Virus record (IMG/VR): IMGVR_UViG_3300044678_003030
Location: 1-64,000 of that record
Direction: 5' to 3' (one strand)
Source: a virus
Length of the DNA stretch: 64,000 nt
Part shown: in pieces, positions 8,795 to 17,372 of the stretch
Position numbering within the stretch: position 1 is the stretch's first letter
How the letters are laid out: the number at the start of each line of letters is the position of its first letter
Position numbers and translations under genes: made by a program
The notes under the pieces: generated by a model
Databases searched by the model: none
Seen by the model: the letters and a program-made list of their open reading frames with translations, nothing else
Told to the model about the DNA's origin: nothing

Positions 8795-9487
8795 TTAGCG
8801 GGCTTCGAGGACAACGCGGTCGCGCTGATAGGTGTTGTACTGGTGGGAATCGTGATGCGGCGTGTACTTGCCCGTTCGCACGAGCAGGAAGAGCACGTCG
8901 TGAAACGCTTCGGACTCACGGCAGACGCTGCCTGTGATGGCGGCGCTGTTGAACTTGTGGAGTCTGCGCACGGCGTCGAGCTTGTTGAAGCACGGCCAGA
9001 GGTAGTAGGCGTTGTGGATCCTGTGCACACGCGCGCTGAGCACGCTCGGCGTGGTGTTTTGCCCGTGTGTCCACACGCCGATGGCGACGCCCATGCCATA
9101 GGCGCGCACCAGATAGTCACGCCGCCACGGTGCAGGCCAAGGAGCGAGGAAGATCAGCGTGAGCAACCACCACGGCGAGAACACCGCCAACAGCGCCAGC
9201 GCTGCAAACCCTTGTGGAAACAGCCACTTAGGCCAGAACAGCCTGTCCTTCTTTTGCTCTTCGAGGAGCACGTAGCCCTGCGCGAGCATCTTGAAGCTGT
9301 ACCAGGGGTCGGCGTCGTACGCCTCGGTGCTCGGTACGTAGAAGGTGCGACCGATCGCCGACCAATGATGGCGGTAGACAGGGATGTGGGCGTGCAGCAT
9401 CGACGCCTTCTTCGCCCGCACTTTCACACCGAGCCGATGAGCGATCTGCCGTTCGAGCGCCTCGCGAAGGTTGCGGTTGTCTGCCAT
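8795..9487 (-). CDS. membrane protein
   Basis: ATG 9487 MADNRNLRE...; Trp/Pro-rich hydrophobic hairpin. Confidence 0.65.
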   Translation of the reverse strand: MADNRNLREALERQIAHRLGVKVRAKKASMLHAHIPVYRHHWSAIGRTFYVPSTEAYDADPWYSFKMLAQGYVLLEEQKKDRLFWPKWLFPQGFAALALLAVFSPWWLLTLIFLAPWPAPWRRDYLVRAYGMGVAIGVWTHGQNTTPSVLSARVHRIHNAYYLWPCFNKLDAVRRLHKFNSAAITGSVCRESEAFHDVLFLLVRTGKYTPHHDSHQYNTYQRDRVVLEAR

Positions 9488-9500
9488 CAGTTTCACCTCG

Positions 9501-9529
9501 TGAAATAAGGCTACGAGGCGGGTATAAGG
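9501..9529 (+). promoter_or_regulatory. phage promoter GGTATAAG
   Basis: TGAAATAAGGGCTACGAGGCGGGTATAAG; overlaps palindrome 9492-9504. Confidence 0.6.
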
Positions 9530-9567
9530 GAGTAGACACAACCCTCTGGCAACGAAAGGGCCATCTC

Positions 9568-10056
9568 ATGATCACGCTGTATAGGTCGTACACGAGCCTC
9601 ATGCTTGGGATCGCCGAGGGGCGGTACCAGGACAAGGTTCTCCTTGATCCTGCGTGCAGGTTTTTCTTCGGGTGTTCGTGGCCCCTCGCGACCAACCCCG
9701 AGCGCTCTCTGCGCGAGAACTTCTACGTGGGCACACCCGCGCCGATCGTGCCCACCTCAGACGTGGACGCGCTACGCAACATCGTCGGGCTGTTCGCGGC
9801 CTACTACGGCGCGGATGTCGCGAACCTTCAGTCCCGCACGCGCTTCGCCAAGGATCATCACGGGGTCAAGACCGCGACGAGCGCGACGATCGAGCACCTC
9901 CTTGACTGGCCTTTCGCCACGTTCGAACGCCACCTTCAAGGGAGTCGTATCAAGGCAGAGAACGTCGTCGACAGCTATTCCGATCTGGAGGAGGCCGTCG
10001 AGATCGTCAACCTCTCCGGCATCGACCCCCAGGTCAAGGTCGTGTGGAGGCGATGA
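9568..10056 (+). CDS. hypothetical protein
   Basis: RBS GAAAGGG; first gene after the promoter. Confidence 0.65.
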   Translation: MITLYRSYTSLMLGIAEGRYQDKVLLDPACRFFFGCSWPLATNPERSLRENFYVGTPAPIVPTSDVDALRNIVGLFAAYYGADVANLQSRTRFAKDHHGVKTATSATIEHLLDWPFATFERHLQGSRIKAENVVDSYSDLEEAVEIVNLSGIDPQVKVVWRR

Positions 10057-10159
10057 CGCTCAACCCGGAGACAGTGCAGATGCTGCACTGCGCCATCTAC
10101 GGCAGCATCGCCCTGGTCATCGCCACGCCCCTCGCGGCGTGGTGGGAGAAGAGGAACCC

Positions 10160-10639
10160 ATGAGTCAGAAGGTTTTCGCCCGGGTCGCTGGTTCGCTGGT
10201 GCAGGTTGGCGAGGTCTTCTCCTACGAGCAGACCGAGCACGTCGAACGGTTCAGCATTCGGCTCGACCTGATCCCTGTCGACGGGGTCCTCAGCATCGAG
10301 CTCCGCCACGAGGAAGCGTCTCACGCAGTCCTGCGGGTGCGGGACATCTTTCAGGGATCGTTCTACGCCAAGGCCGGGGATTCCGTCCCCAAGATCCCGG
10401 CCATCAAGGCGTACAGGGAGGTAACGGGGTGCGGCCTCGGCGAGGCCAAGGCGTGGATCGAGAACCACGCCCCCACCGAGCAGAAGGGTCTCGGCGCCTG
10501 GGGGCGGCCTGCCTGGGATTACGCGCTCTCCCCGGAGCTCGTGTCTTCTCTCAAGGAGCGCGCGCTCCTGAAGCCTCTCAGGGCGTGTACGTCGGAGACC
10601 GAGGGCGTCTTCCCGGCCTGGGAGGTCATCTTCTCCTGA
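10160..10639 (+). CDS. protein containing a ribosomal protein L7/L12 C-terminal-like domain
   Basis: KIPAIKAYREVTGCGLGEAKAWIE matches the bL12 CTD motif KI.VIK.VRE.TGLGLKEAK..VE; RBS GAGGA. Confidence 0.7.
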   Translation: MSQKVFARVAGSLVQVGEVFSYEQTEHVERFSIRLDLIPVDGVLSIELRHEEASHAVLRVRDIFQGSFYAKAGDSVPKIPAIKAYREVTGCGLGEAKAWIENHAPTEQKGLGAWGRPAWDYALSPELVSSLKERALLKPLRACTSETEGVFPAWEVIFS

Positions 10640-10647
10640 CGCCCCTA

Positions 10648-10690
10648 GCAAACACCTACGGCGTCGGCGGCGCCGTAGGTGTTTGCTTTG
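10648..10690 (+). terminator. intrinsic terminator
   Basis: GCAAACACCTACGGCG/CGCCGTAGGTGTTTGC stem followed by TTT. Confidence 0.7.
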
Positions 10691-10694
10691 GCTC

Positions 10695-10723
10695 CGAAAC
10701 CCGCAGGGTCAGGGTGGTATAAG
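10695..10723 (+). promoter_or_regulatory. phage promoter GGTATAAG
   Basis: CGAAACCCGCAGGGTCAGGGTGGTATAAG. Confidence 0.6.
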
Positions 10724-10807
10724 GAGATAGAGCGAGCGCATGACGCGCAACGCCTCCCGCACCCACTAATTGGTGCTTGCCCCCAGGGTGATGGGGGCAC
10801 AGGAGTC

Positions 10808-11506
10808 ATGATCATGAACACGCCCAAGTCTGCCTATTACGCCTGCCTCGCCTTCGCTTCGAACCCCGCGCTCTCGTGGGACCGCGTCAGCGCGTTCGAC
10901 AACTTGCGCGCCGGCGCGCTCGCCCTCGCAGGAGGATCCTCGACCGCCTGGGGCGACGAGGATGTGTGCCTCGGGGAGGGTACCCGGGCCCGCAACGACG
11001 CCGAGCGCCAGGGCATCATTGATGCCTACCACGCCGCGAACGAACGGTTGATTGAGCTCCAGAACGAGCTCATTCACGCGGTCAACGCTGCCCCCTGGGG
11101 GCGTCAACCCGACGGCACCTTCATCACGGACAGCAAGTCCGGGGCTGAAGGGGGACGGCGCCGTGTCCTCCACGTCAACCGTCTCCCCGTTGCGGCCGTC
11201 TGCAATGGGTACAGGGTGAGCGTGCTCACGAAGGAGACCGCCACGAAGGTCCGGGACGCCGAGAAGGCGCGGACGAAGGAGGCGCAGTCCCAATACAACG
11301 CGTCGCGTCGTGAGGTCCTCACAGCGCTTCGGCGGGGTATCCGGCTGGAGCATCGAGACGGCCAGGAAGGCGGGGTGATCTATCCCCGCGTCGCCGGCAG
11401 GGCTGTCTCGGCCCGTGGGCTCATCGCCGCCCTGGCCGCCGAGGGCATCGATCTGAAGTTCGAGGGTGGTCTGGCGTTCGTCCCCGACTACCACGACGCG
11501 TACTGA
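10808..11506 (+). CDS. hypothetical protein (stand-alone cassette)
   Basis: RBS AGGAG; flanked by a promoter and a terminator. Confidence 0.65.
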   Translation: MIMNTPKSAYYACLAFASNPALSWDRVSAFDNLRAGALALAGGSSTAWGDEDVCLGEGTRARNDAERQGIIDAYHAANERLIELQNELIHAVNAAPWGRQPDGTFITDSKSGAEGGRRRVLHVNRLPVAAVCNGYRVSVLTKETATKVRDAEKARTKEAQSQYNASRREVLTALRRGIRLEHRDGQEGGVIYPRVAGRAVSARGLIAALAAEGIDLKFEGGLAFVPDYHDAY

Positions 11507-11519
11507 CCTGACGACGGAG

Positions 11520-11565
11520 ACGACCCCCGACGGCCCCACAAGCCGTCGGGGTCGCGCTTCGTTTG
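11520..11565 (+). terminator. intrinsic terminator
   Basis: CGACCCC(C)GACGGC/GCCGTCGGGGTCG stem followed by TTCGTTT. Confidence 0.6.
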
Positions 11566-11604
11566 GCTTCACTCCGTGAAATCGTCTGTGCTACCTCTCT
11601 CTGT

Positions 11605-11928
11605 ATGGCACGTAACAGCAGCAAGAAGAACGACGGCAACGGCATCCCCAAGAAGCTCCTGAAGAACCTCCCGCACGGGTTCCTGGAGGAGGTTCAGTCC
11701 ATGGGCGTCTCGGTGCTCAAGGAGACGGTCGTACAGACCAGCGGCGCGATCGCTGAGACCGAGATCGCCAAGGCGCAGGACGAGAAGCTCACCGCCGCCA
11801 AGGAGAAGGTCAAGGACCTCTCCGAGGGCTACAACGAGGTCCTCAAGGCGCAGAAGGCCAAGCGCAACCTCGCGCTTCACTTCCTGGAGAGCCAAGGCCA
11901 GCTCCAGGGTGCGGACATCGGGGAATGA
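11605..11928 (+). CDS. Lys-rich coiled-coil protein (possibly DNA-binding)
   Basis: Strong GC3 codon bias; helical heptads. Confidence 0.6.
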   Translation: MARNSSKKNDGNGIPKKLLKNLPHGFLEEVQSMGVSVLKETVVQTSGAIAETEIAKAQDEKLTAAKEKVKDLSEGYNEVLKAQKAKRNLALHFLESQGQLQGADIGE

Positions 11929-12128
11929 TCACGATCTACATCGACGACGTGCCGTACACGGTCACGCGTACGGAGTCGTCTGCCCGTGACCTCCTCGCCA
12001 TGGCCCATGATGACGACGCGGACGAGTTCGACATCGTCCTGCTCGACGAAGGCGACTTCGAGGTCGCGTTCGACTGGACGCCGTATCAGGACGGTGATCG
12101 ATTCGTGACGAAGAAGAAGGAGTTCTGA
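11925..12128 (+). CDS. multi-ubiquitin-domain-like (beta-grasp) small protein
   Basis: ITIYIDDVPYTV.....ARDLLAMA......FDIVLL......DGDRFVT fits the Multi_ubiq pattern. Confidence 0.55.
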   Translation: MITIYIDDVPYTVTRTESSARDLLAMAHDDDADEFDIVLLDEGDFEVAFDWTPYQDGDRFVTKKKEF

Positions 12129-12132
12129 GGGC

Positions 12133-12324
12133 ATGAGCCCTTTCTGCGCATGTTCCTGCCACAGGGGTTCGGGCGTCTTCTGCTCGTGCTGGCGAGCCTG
12201 CTGCCACCAACCCCACGCGCCCGAGGCTGAGCAGACCGCGCAGTCCAAGACGTCATCGATCCCGGTGACGCTCAAGCGCGTGATGTTGCCGTCCATTCCC
12301 TCCGCGACACGCAAGGAGGCGTGA
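12133..12324 (+). CDS. small Cys-rich protein
   Basis: CACSCH...CSCWRACCH. Confidence 0.45.
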   Translation: MSPFCACSCHRGSGVFCSCWRACCHQPHAPEAEQTAQSKTSSIPVTLKRVMLPSIPSATRKEA

Positions 12325-12327
12325 GCG

Positions 12328-13236
12328 ATGTTCGTAGATACCAAGTTCGTCGAGGAGACGGCCAACGCCGTCCTTCATCACTTCGGATGGAACCTCACCG
12401 CTGAGAGCGCAGAGGCTGAGCTCTCGCTCGACAAGCTCTACATCGGTCGGATGTATAGCTCCGAGCGCTACATCGTCTGGTCGCGCAAGGTCGGCTACGC
12501 GTTCTTCCGGCAGCAGGCGAACCTCTTCGCCGACCGCCTCACGGAGTGGGGCAAGCGCGTCAACGAGGTCCCCGACACCCGCATCGTCGATGACGCAGAA
12601 CGATTCGACCCTGGCCCGCAGCCCTCGCATGATCTGGTGTTCGAGTCGCGGACGACCGACTGGCGCTCGCAGGAGGCGCTGCGCGGTCTCGGCGAGGTCC
12701 GCTACGTGCAGACGACGCCGAACCGGCTCACCGAAGAAGGGACGTGCACCTTCTTTCTCGGGCAGCTCTACGTTCGCATGGACGACAAGGTCCACTGCTT
12801 CGGCAAGGTCCGCTCTGGCAACGGCCAGTTCCCGTTCTACGGCTTTCAGGTCACGTCATCGGCGCGTGATGGTGAGCAATCGGATCGGCTGGGCACGGTG
12901 ATCCGCTACGACGACCGCGAGATCGTTGGAGTTGTGACGGGCGAGTCGCTCAGCTTCTGCGACCGCTTTCAGATCGTCCTGGACATGGTCTCCCGCATGT
13001 GGGAGCCGGGCCTTGGGGTCCCTGAGGTCACAGGGGACCGTGTCCACCGCCTCTACGCCTACATGGCGCTCCACGACGTGCCGAAGACGTTCCAGGAGGT
13101 CGCCGACGAGGACGTCGCCCGCCTTGGCGATGCCGATGGCAACACCCTCACTGACCGGCGCATCGAGGCTGTGTACCTTGCCAAAGGGGAGAACCTCGCG
13201 GACTGGTACAACGCGTTCATCAACTTCACGGCGTGA
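12328..13236 (+). CDS. hypothetical protein
   Basis: RBS AGGAGG; ends FTA* inside a palindrome. Confidence 0.7.
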   Translation: MFVDTKFVEETANAVLHHFGWNLTAESAEAELSLDKLYIGRMYSSERYIVWSRKVGYAFFRQQANLFADRLTEWGKRVNEVPDTRIVDDAERFDPGPQPSHDLVFESRTTDWRSQEALRGLGEVRYVQTTPNRLTEEGTCTFFLGQLYVRMDDKVHCFGKVRSGNGQFPFYGFQVTSSARDGEQSDRLGTVIRYDDREIVGVVTGESLSFCDRFQIVLDMVSRMWEPGLGVPEVTGDRVHRLYAYMALHDVPKTFQEVADEDVARLGDADGNTLTDRRIEAVYLAKGENLADWYNAFINFTA

Positions 13237-13241
13237 ACTAG

Positions 13242-13397
13242 GTGGACTGCTTCGCCTACTTGACTGAACTCATTCACCACTTCGGCATTCCTTCCCCTGT
13301 CGCCCACGCCACTCTCACCCTCTGCGGTGTAGGCGCCGCTTGCCACGCTTCCGTGTGCTTCGCTGTGAGCCTATGGGAGTTATGGTGCGAGTCATGA
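13242..13397 (+). CDS. small hydrophobic protein
   Basis: Manual translation MDCFAYLTELIHHFG...LWELWCES*; ATGA-coupled to the next gene. Confidence 0.4.
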   Translation: MDCFAYLTELIHHFGIPSPVAHATLTLCGVGAACHASVCFAVSLWELWCES

Positions 13398-13564
13398 ACG
13401 TAGACCATCTCCTTGTCGCGTGTTGGGTAGTCATCGGCGTCTACGCGCTGTTCGAAGCCTTCTCAGACATGTACCCAGACATCCTTCTGTCCTTCGGCTA
13501 TTGGCTGCGTGAGCGCGGCGAGGCTGTGCGCCAATACGGGCGACGGCTCAAGCTGCGTGGCTGA
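13394..13564 (+). CDS. small membrane protein
   Basis: Hydrophobic N-terminal helix. Confidence 0.5.
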   Translation: MNVDHLLVACWVVIGVYALFEAFSDMYPDILLSFGYWLRERGEAVRQYGRRLKLRG

Positions 13565-13585
13565 CTTGATCCACGGGGTGAAACC

Positions 13586-14200
13586 ATGAGCGACCTCGAC
13601 ACATCCATCGCCTACTACGACGCGAATGCTGAGACGTACTGCGAGAAGACCTACCGCATCGACATGTCGGTGCTGCGCAACGAGTTCCTGCGACGGCTCA
13701 AGCCCGGTGCCCGGGTCATCGATGTCGGGAGCGGTTCTGGCCGGGACTCGCTCGGCTTCCTGCGAGCGGGTTGCTACGTCCTCGCCATTGACCCTTCGGC
13801 TGGCCTCGCGAGGGAGGCGCAGCGCTACGTCCGCTCGGAGGGGTACACCTTCAACGTCATCCCGATCCGCGCCGAGGATCTTTCCGCCGTAGACGAGTTC
13901 GACGCTGCGTGGTGTTGCGCCTCGCTCGTGCACCACCTGTGGACAGAGGCGGCGCGAGCCATCCACGCGATCATGCGCGCGGTGAAGCCCGACGGCTACG
14001 TGTTCATCAGCGTCCAGGAGGGCGACACGATCGACGAGCTCGGCGACGGACGGCGGATGGTTCGATACACCGAGGACGCACTCAGGAAGCTGCTCAAGCC
14101 CTACGCAGGCATCGTCGATGTCGTCTACACCGAAGACCGCCACCCCGAGAAGCGCGACATTCGGTGGATCTCCATCACGGCCAGGAAGTACACGAGGTAA
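13586..14200 (+). CDS. class I SAM-dependent methyltransferase (TehB-like)
   Basis: VIDVGSGSGRD motif I; FDAAWCCASLVH; VKPDG. Confidence 0.9.
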   Translation: MSDLDTSIAYYDANAETYCEKTYRIDMSVLRNEFLRRLKPGARVIDVGSGSGRDSLGFLRAGCYVLAIDPSAGLAREAQRYVRSEGYTFNVIPIRAEDLSAVDEFDAAWCCASLVHHLWTEAARAIHAIMRAVKPDGYVFISVQEGDTIDELGDGRRMVRYTEDALRKLLKPYAGIVDVVYTEDRHPEKRDIRWISITARKYTR

Positions 14201-14204
14201 CCCA

Positions 14205-14819
14205 ATGCCCCCGAGAACCAAGCAACTTCTCGTCGACACCATCTCGCGAAGGGGCGTCAAGGCCGACGTCTTCTTCATCCGCGACTCCAAGACGTTCGTC
14301 GCGACGCTCTTCAACCAACGCTACGAAGAGAAGGTCTTCGACACGCTCAGGAACACCCTGTACAGGAAGATGGAAGAGGCTGAGTCACCTGAGTGGGTTG
14401 ACGTGATCATTGTCACCGAGACCAAGCCCTTCGCGTGCTCTACCGGCAACTACTTCGGGTTCGAGCTCAGCCGTGAACACGTCTGGAAGCGCCCCGATGG
14501 CAAGCTGATGACTGCACGGTGGAATCCGTCTACGCCCTCGGGAGATCGGTTGGCTTATGCCCACGAGTCCTACGCCGTGGTAGGGTCAGACGTGTTCTGT
14601 GGGGAGTACAAGAGCGGCAATCCGAACGATGACCGCTCCTTCCGCATCCCGTACAACGAGGCCCTGTGGGTTTCACTGAGTGACACGCAGCAGAAGTTGC
14701 GAGCGCTCAAGGAGACCTTCCGCCACCTCGTCTCCTCCGAGGAGGGGCGCGCGAAGCTCATGAGCAGCGGCAGTGAGCTGCTGCGGCTTGGTGCTGCTGT
14801 GCCGGAAGGAGAGGACTGA
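14205..14819 (+). CDS. hypothetical protein
   Basis: ATG 14205 MPPRTKQLL... Confidence 0.6.
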   Translation: MPPRTKQLLVDTISRRGVKADVFFIRDSKTFVATLFNQRYEEKVFDTLRNTLYRKMEEAESPEWVDVIIVTETKPFACSTGNYFGFELSREHVWKRPDGKLMTARWNPSTPSGDRLAYAHESYAVVGSDVFCGEYKSGNPNDDRSFRIPYNEALWVSLSDTQQKLRALKETFRHLVSSEEGRAKLMSSGSELLRLGAAVPEGED

Positions 14820-14841
14820 TGTCTCGCATCGAAGCCAAGCC

Positions 14842-15033
14842 GTGAGCAACCCTGTTTGCCCCATCTGCTGCGCACACCCGTTGGTCGATGCCCTCATGTG
14901 CCAGAAGTGCAGCGCTGCCTACGACCAAGTCGACGACTCAACGATCTACAGCGCGTTGGTCTGGGCGGCCAAACGGGCGCGCTGGTACGAGCAGCGTCGA
15001 AAGTGGCAGCGACCGATCGAGGAGGAGTCGTGA
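14842..15033 (+). CDS. small zinc-finger protein
   Basis: CPIC...CQKC. Confidence 0.5.
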   Translation: MSNPVCPICCAHPLVDALMCQKCSAAYDQVDDSTIYSALVWAAKRARWYEQRRKWQRPIEEES

Positions 15034-15398
15034 GCGTCAAGCCCATTTCTCTCCTCTTTACCAGCCAGATCCAAGGCGACTTTTCCCCTGCGGAGGGCCC
15101 TCCTCCTGAGCGCGATGCGGTGTGTAGCTTCGCCGAGCGCTTCAAGTGCGTACGCGAGGTGTGGGAGGTCCATAGCGATCACGCTTACCCCTACTACTAT
15201 CTCGTCGTGGTCGACATCTCGTCTTGCCCTTGGACTGAGCCCTGGACCGAGTGTAAGCGGCAGAGCTTCTTCCTCGCGGTAAACGACGGCTTCTACGACT
15301 TCGTGCCGAAGGGCACGCCGCTTCACCTCGTGTCGTCCGACTGCTTCAAGATGCCTTCATACCCAAAGGGGAAGAAGGTGTACGAGAGGTCAGCGTGA
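15030..15398 (+). CDS. hypothetical protein
   Basis: GTGA-coupled; RBS GGAGG. Confidence 0.55.
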   Translation: MSVKPISLLFTSQIQGDFSPAEGPPPERDAVCSFAERFKCVREVWEVHSDHAYPYYYLVVVDISSCPWTEPWTECKRQSFFLAVNDGFYDFVPKGTPLHLVSSDCFKMPSYPKGKKVYERSA

Positions 15399-15483
15399 TG
15401 CAAGCCACGTCCTCGTTGGTCTTCTGTTGCGTAGCGCTCGCCGTTGCTTTCGGATTTCTCTTTGGCCCGCTATGGATCAAGCC

Positions 15484-15915
15484 ATGAATACTGACGACAA
15501 GTTGCCTTTCTCGATGGGCTGCACCGTGACGCACACGCCGTGTTCGATCTGCCGCGCCGTCGGACGGGAGTCTATCTGTGGGCACCCACGTCCTGATGCG
15601 CCGCCAGCCCACATCCACGAGGACATCGAGTTCATCCCGGTGATCTTCGTTTCTACCCCGCTCGACCGTGTCTCCGTGTTCCGCCGGCTCTACGAAGATC
15701 ACGATGACCACTCTGCACCGGCTCGGTTGTTCTCCGCTGAAGCCATCGAGGCGGCCAAGCTCAACAGCCTTGCCGAAGCGGAGGTCCACCTCGATCGCTT
15801 CCTTCACGCGGTGAAAGATGTCGAGAACGCAGTGTTCGGAAAGCGCGTCGTCTGTGTGCGGCGGCGAGAAGATGGGCACATCACAATCCTGGTTTCGCCG
15901 GAGGTCGTGAAGTGA
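15484..15915 (+). CDS. protein with an N-terminal fragment homologous to the prohead protease
   Basis: FSMGCTVTHTPCSIC...CGH...FIPVIFVSTPLD versus protease VSMGCNVRWDVCAKC...CEH...FFDISFVWRPAD. Confidence 0.6.
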   Translation: MNTDDKLPFSMGCTVTHTPCSICRAVGRESICGHPRPDAPPAHIHEDIEFIPVIFVSTPLDRVSVFRRLYEDHDDHSAPARLFSAEAIEAAKLNSLAEAEVHLDRFLHAVKDVENAVFGKRVVCVRRREDGHITILVSPEVVK

Positions 15916-16175
15916 TGTTCAAGCCCCAGGTGCTGTACATGTCCCGTACGCAGTGGAACCAGATCCGCGAGCTGATGGGATTGCCGCCGTGGTGTGAAGC
16001 CTGCGAGGGCACAGGGTTGATCCCTGGCGGCTACGACGACTGCGGTAGGGAGGCGCAGGCTGTGTGCAGCCACGACCGCAAGGAGATCGACGAGGAGCTT
16101 CGAGCGCAGGAGGACGCCAAGTTTCGCGCTACGTTAGAGGGGATTGCCGCGCGAGAGAGCCTCAAGTCCCTGTGA
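15912..16175 (+). CDS. small protein with a CxxCxGxG motif
   Basis: CEACEGTG. Confidence 0.55.
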   Translation: MMFKPQVLYMSRTQWNQIRELMGLPPWCEACEGTGLIPGGYDDCGREAQAVCSHDRKEIDEELRAQEDAKFRATLEGIAARESLKSL

Positions 16176-16391
16176 CGTGACCACCACGAACTCGACGCAG
16201 CCAGGGCGCGTCCTGTAGGGTGACGGCCTGTCTTCGATCGTCACCAGCTCCTCACACAAGAACCGTCGCACGACACCCGCGTTGATCTCCTGGCGGGGCT
16301 CAGGTCCTGTGTCACGAAGCCGTCGTAGTACGCCCAGGGCGTGAACTGATAGTGGATGGATGTTCTTCCCGAAGAGGGGTTCTCGCGTCAT
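16134..16391 (-). CDS. hypothetical protein (winged-helix-like)
   Basis: ATG 16391 coupled to the upstream gene; ends VTSQGLEAL. Confidence 0.45.
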   Translation of the reverse strand: MTREPLFGKNIHPLSVHALGVLRRLRDTGPEPRQEINAGVVRRFLCEELVTIEDRPSPYRTRPGCVEFVVVTSQGLEALSRGNPL

Positions 16392-16801
16392 GCAAGACCG
16401 AGTACCTCGCGGAGGCCCTTGTTGCCAAGCCACGTCGCCGAGTAGTTCGGCAGCGCCGCGCGGTGGTAGTCACCCAGGGCCTTGGCGAACCCGCTCTCCG
16501 ATCCATTGAGCCCTGCGATGTACGCCTTCGCTTGGTCGTACTCCGCCGAGTGAAGCCTCTGCGCTGCGCCCGACAGCGAGCCGGCCGGCAACCCTGTGAT
16601 CGCCCCACCGATGCCGGCGCCGTAGGCAGCGCGTACACGCCGGTCTCTGTCGGTGGCGTCAGCCGGGGAGGTGAAGTAGCCGATGCCGCCACCAATGGCC
16701 GCGCCAGGGAGAGCTGCCAGCGAGCCATGGGTGAGTCCTGTACGAAGAGGCGACCAGGGTTCGGCGGCGAGCTTCTGGCCGTATTCGTACGCAGCGTTCA
16801 T
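16388..16801 (-). CDS. glycine-zipper membrane protein, paralog A (K-x-A leader)
   Basis: MNAAYEYGQKLAAEPWS...GAAIGGGIG...GAGIGGAITG. Confidence 0.75.
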   Translation of the reverse strand: MNAAYEYGQKLAAEPWSPLRTGLTHGSLAALPGAAIGGGIGYFTSPADATDRDRRVRAAYGAGIGGAITGLPAGSLSGAAQRLHSAEYDQAKAYIAGLNGSESGFAKALGDYHRAALPNYSATWLGNKGLREVLGLA

Positions 16802-16805
16802 GCGA

Positions 16806-17243
16806 TCAACCAGCCCAGGTGCGAGGAAACTTGTTCATCTGCTCTTGAATGCCCTTCCCTCGCATCTCGACGAGGTCGTCGATGATCTTTTGATTCCCGT
16901 AGCCAGGAGGCATGGTGGACATTACCGCGCTGCGAAGCGCTTCCGGCGTCGCCATGTTCTTCGCGTCGTTGAACATGCTCACGTGGTCCTTCTGTTGGAG
17001 CGCGCTGAACCCTCCACCGAGCGTCCCGGTGACGGCGCCTCCAGCGAGCGCCCCCTTGCCGGCTCGCAGCATCCGTTGCTTGCCGGTGTACTCCTTGGGG
17101 GCCGTGCCGTAGCCGAGCGCCCCGCCGATCACAGCGCCAGGGATGGCGCTCTGGGCACCGTGCGTGAGTCCTGCACGCAGGACGCTCCAGGGTTCGGCGG
17201 CGACCTTTGCGAGCCTCTGCCCGTACTCATATGCAGCGTTCAT
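16806..17243 (-). CDS. glycine-zipper membrane protein, paralog B (K-x-A leader)
   Basis: MNAAYEYGQRLAKVAAEPWS...GAVIGGALG...GALAGGAVTGTLGGG. Confidence 0.75.
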   Translation of the reverse strand: MNAAYEYGQRLAKVAAEPWSVLRAGLTHGAQSAIPGAVIGGALGYGTAPKEYTGKQRMLRAGKGALAGGAVTGTLGGGFSALQQKDHVSMFNDAKNMATPEALRSAVMSTMPPGYGNQKIIDDLVEMRGKGIQEQMNKFPRTWAG

Positions 17244-17279
17244 GGACTCAAGCCTAGCGCAGGCGCTATCTTGCGTCTC

Positions 17280-17372
17280 GGTAGTGTGGCCGATCGGAAG
17301 GCAGCCGCGAGGCGAGCAGCGTACCTGGACGCAGGGCTGTTCACATGGAGGGTTCGAATCCCCCTGCTACCG
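17280..17372 (+). ncRNA. tRNA-like RNA with an atypical anticodon arm
   Basis: Acceptor stem GGTAGTG/TGCTACC; D-arm TGGCCGATCGGAAGGC; T-arm GAGGGTTCGAATCCCCC; TANNNT box 7 nt upstream; no canonical anticodon loop. Confidence 0.6.

Noticed and set aside
13245-13340. GCCGAAGTGGT on the minus strand, resembling a tRNA D-arm
   Set aside because: No T-arm or acceptor stem; better explained by the small + strand ORF 13242..13397
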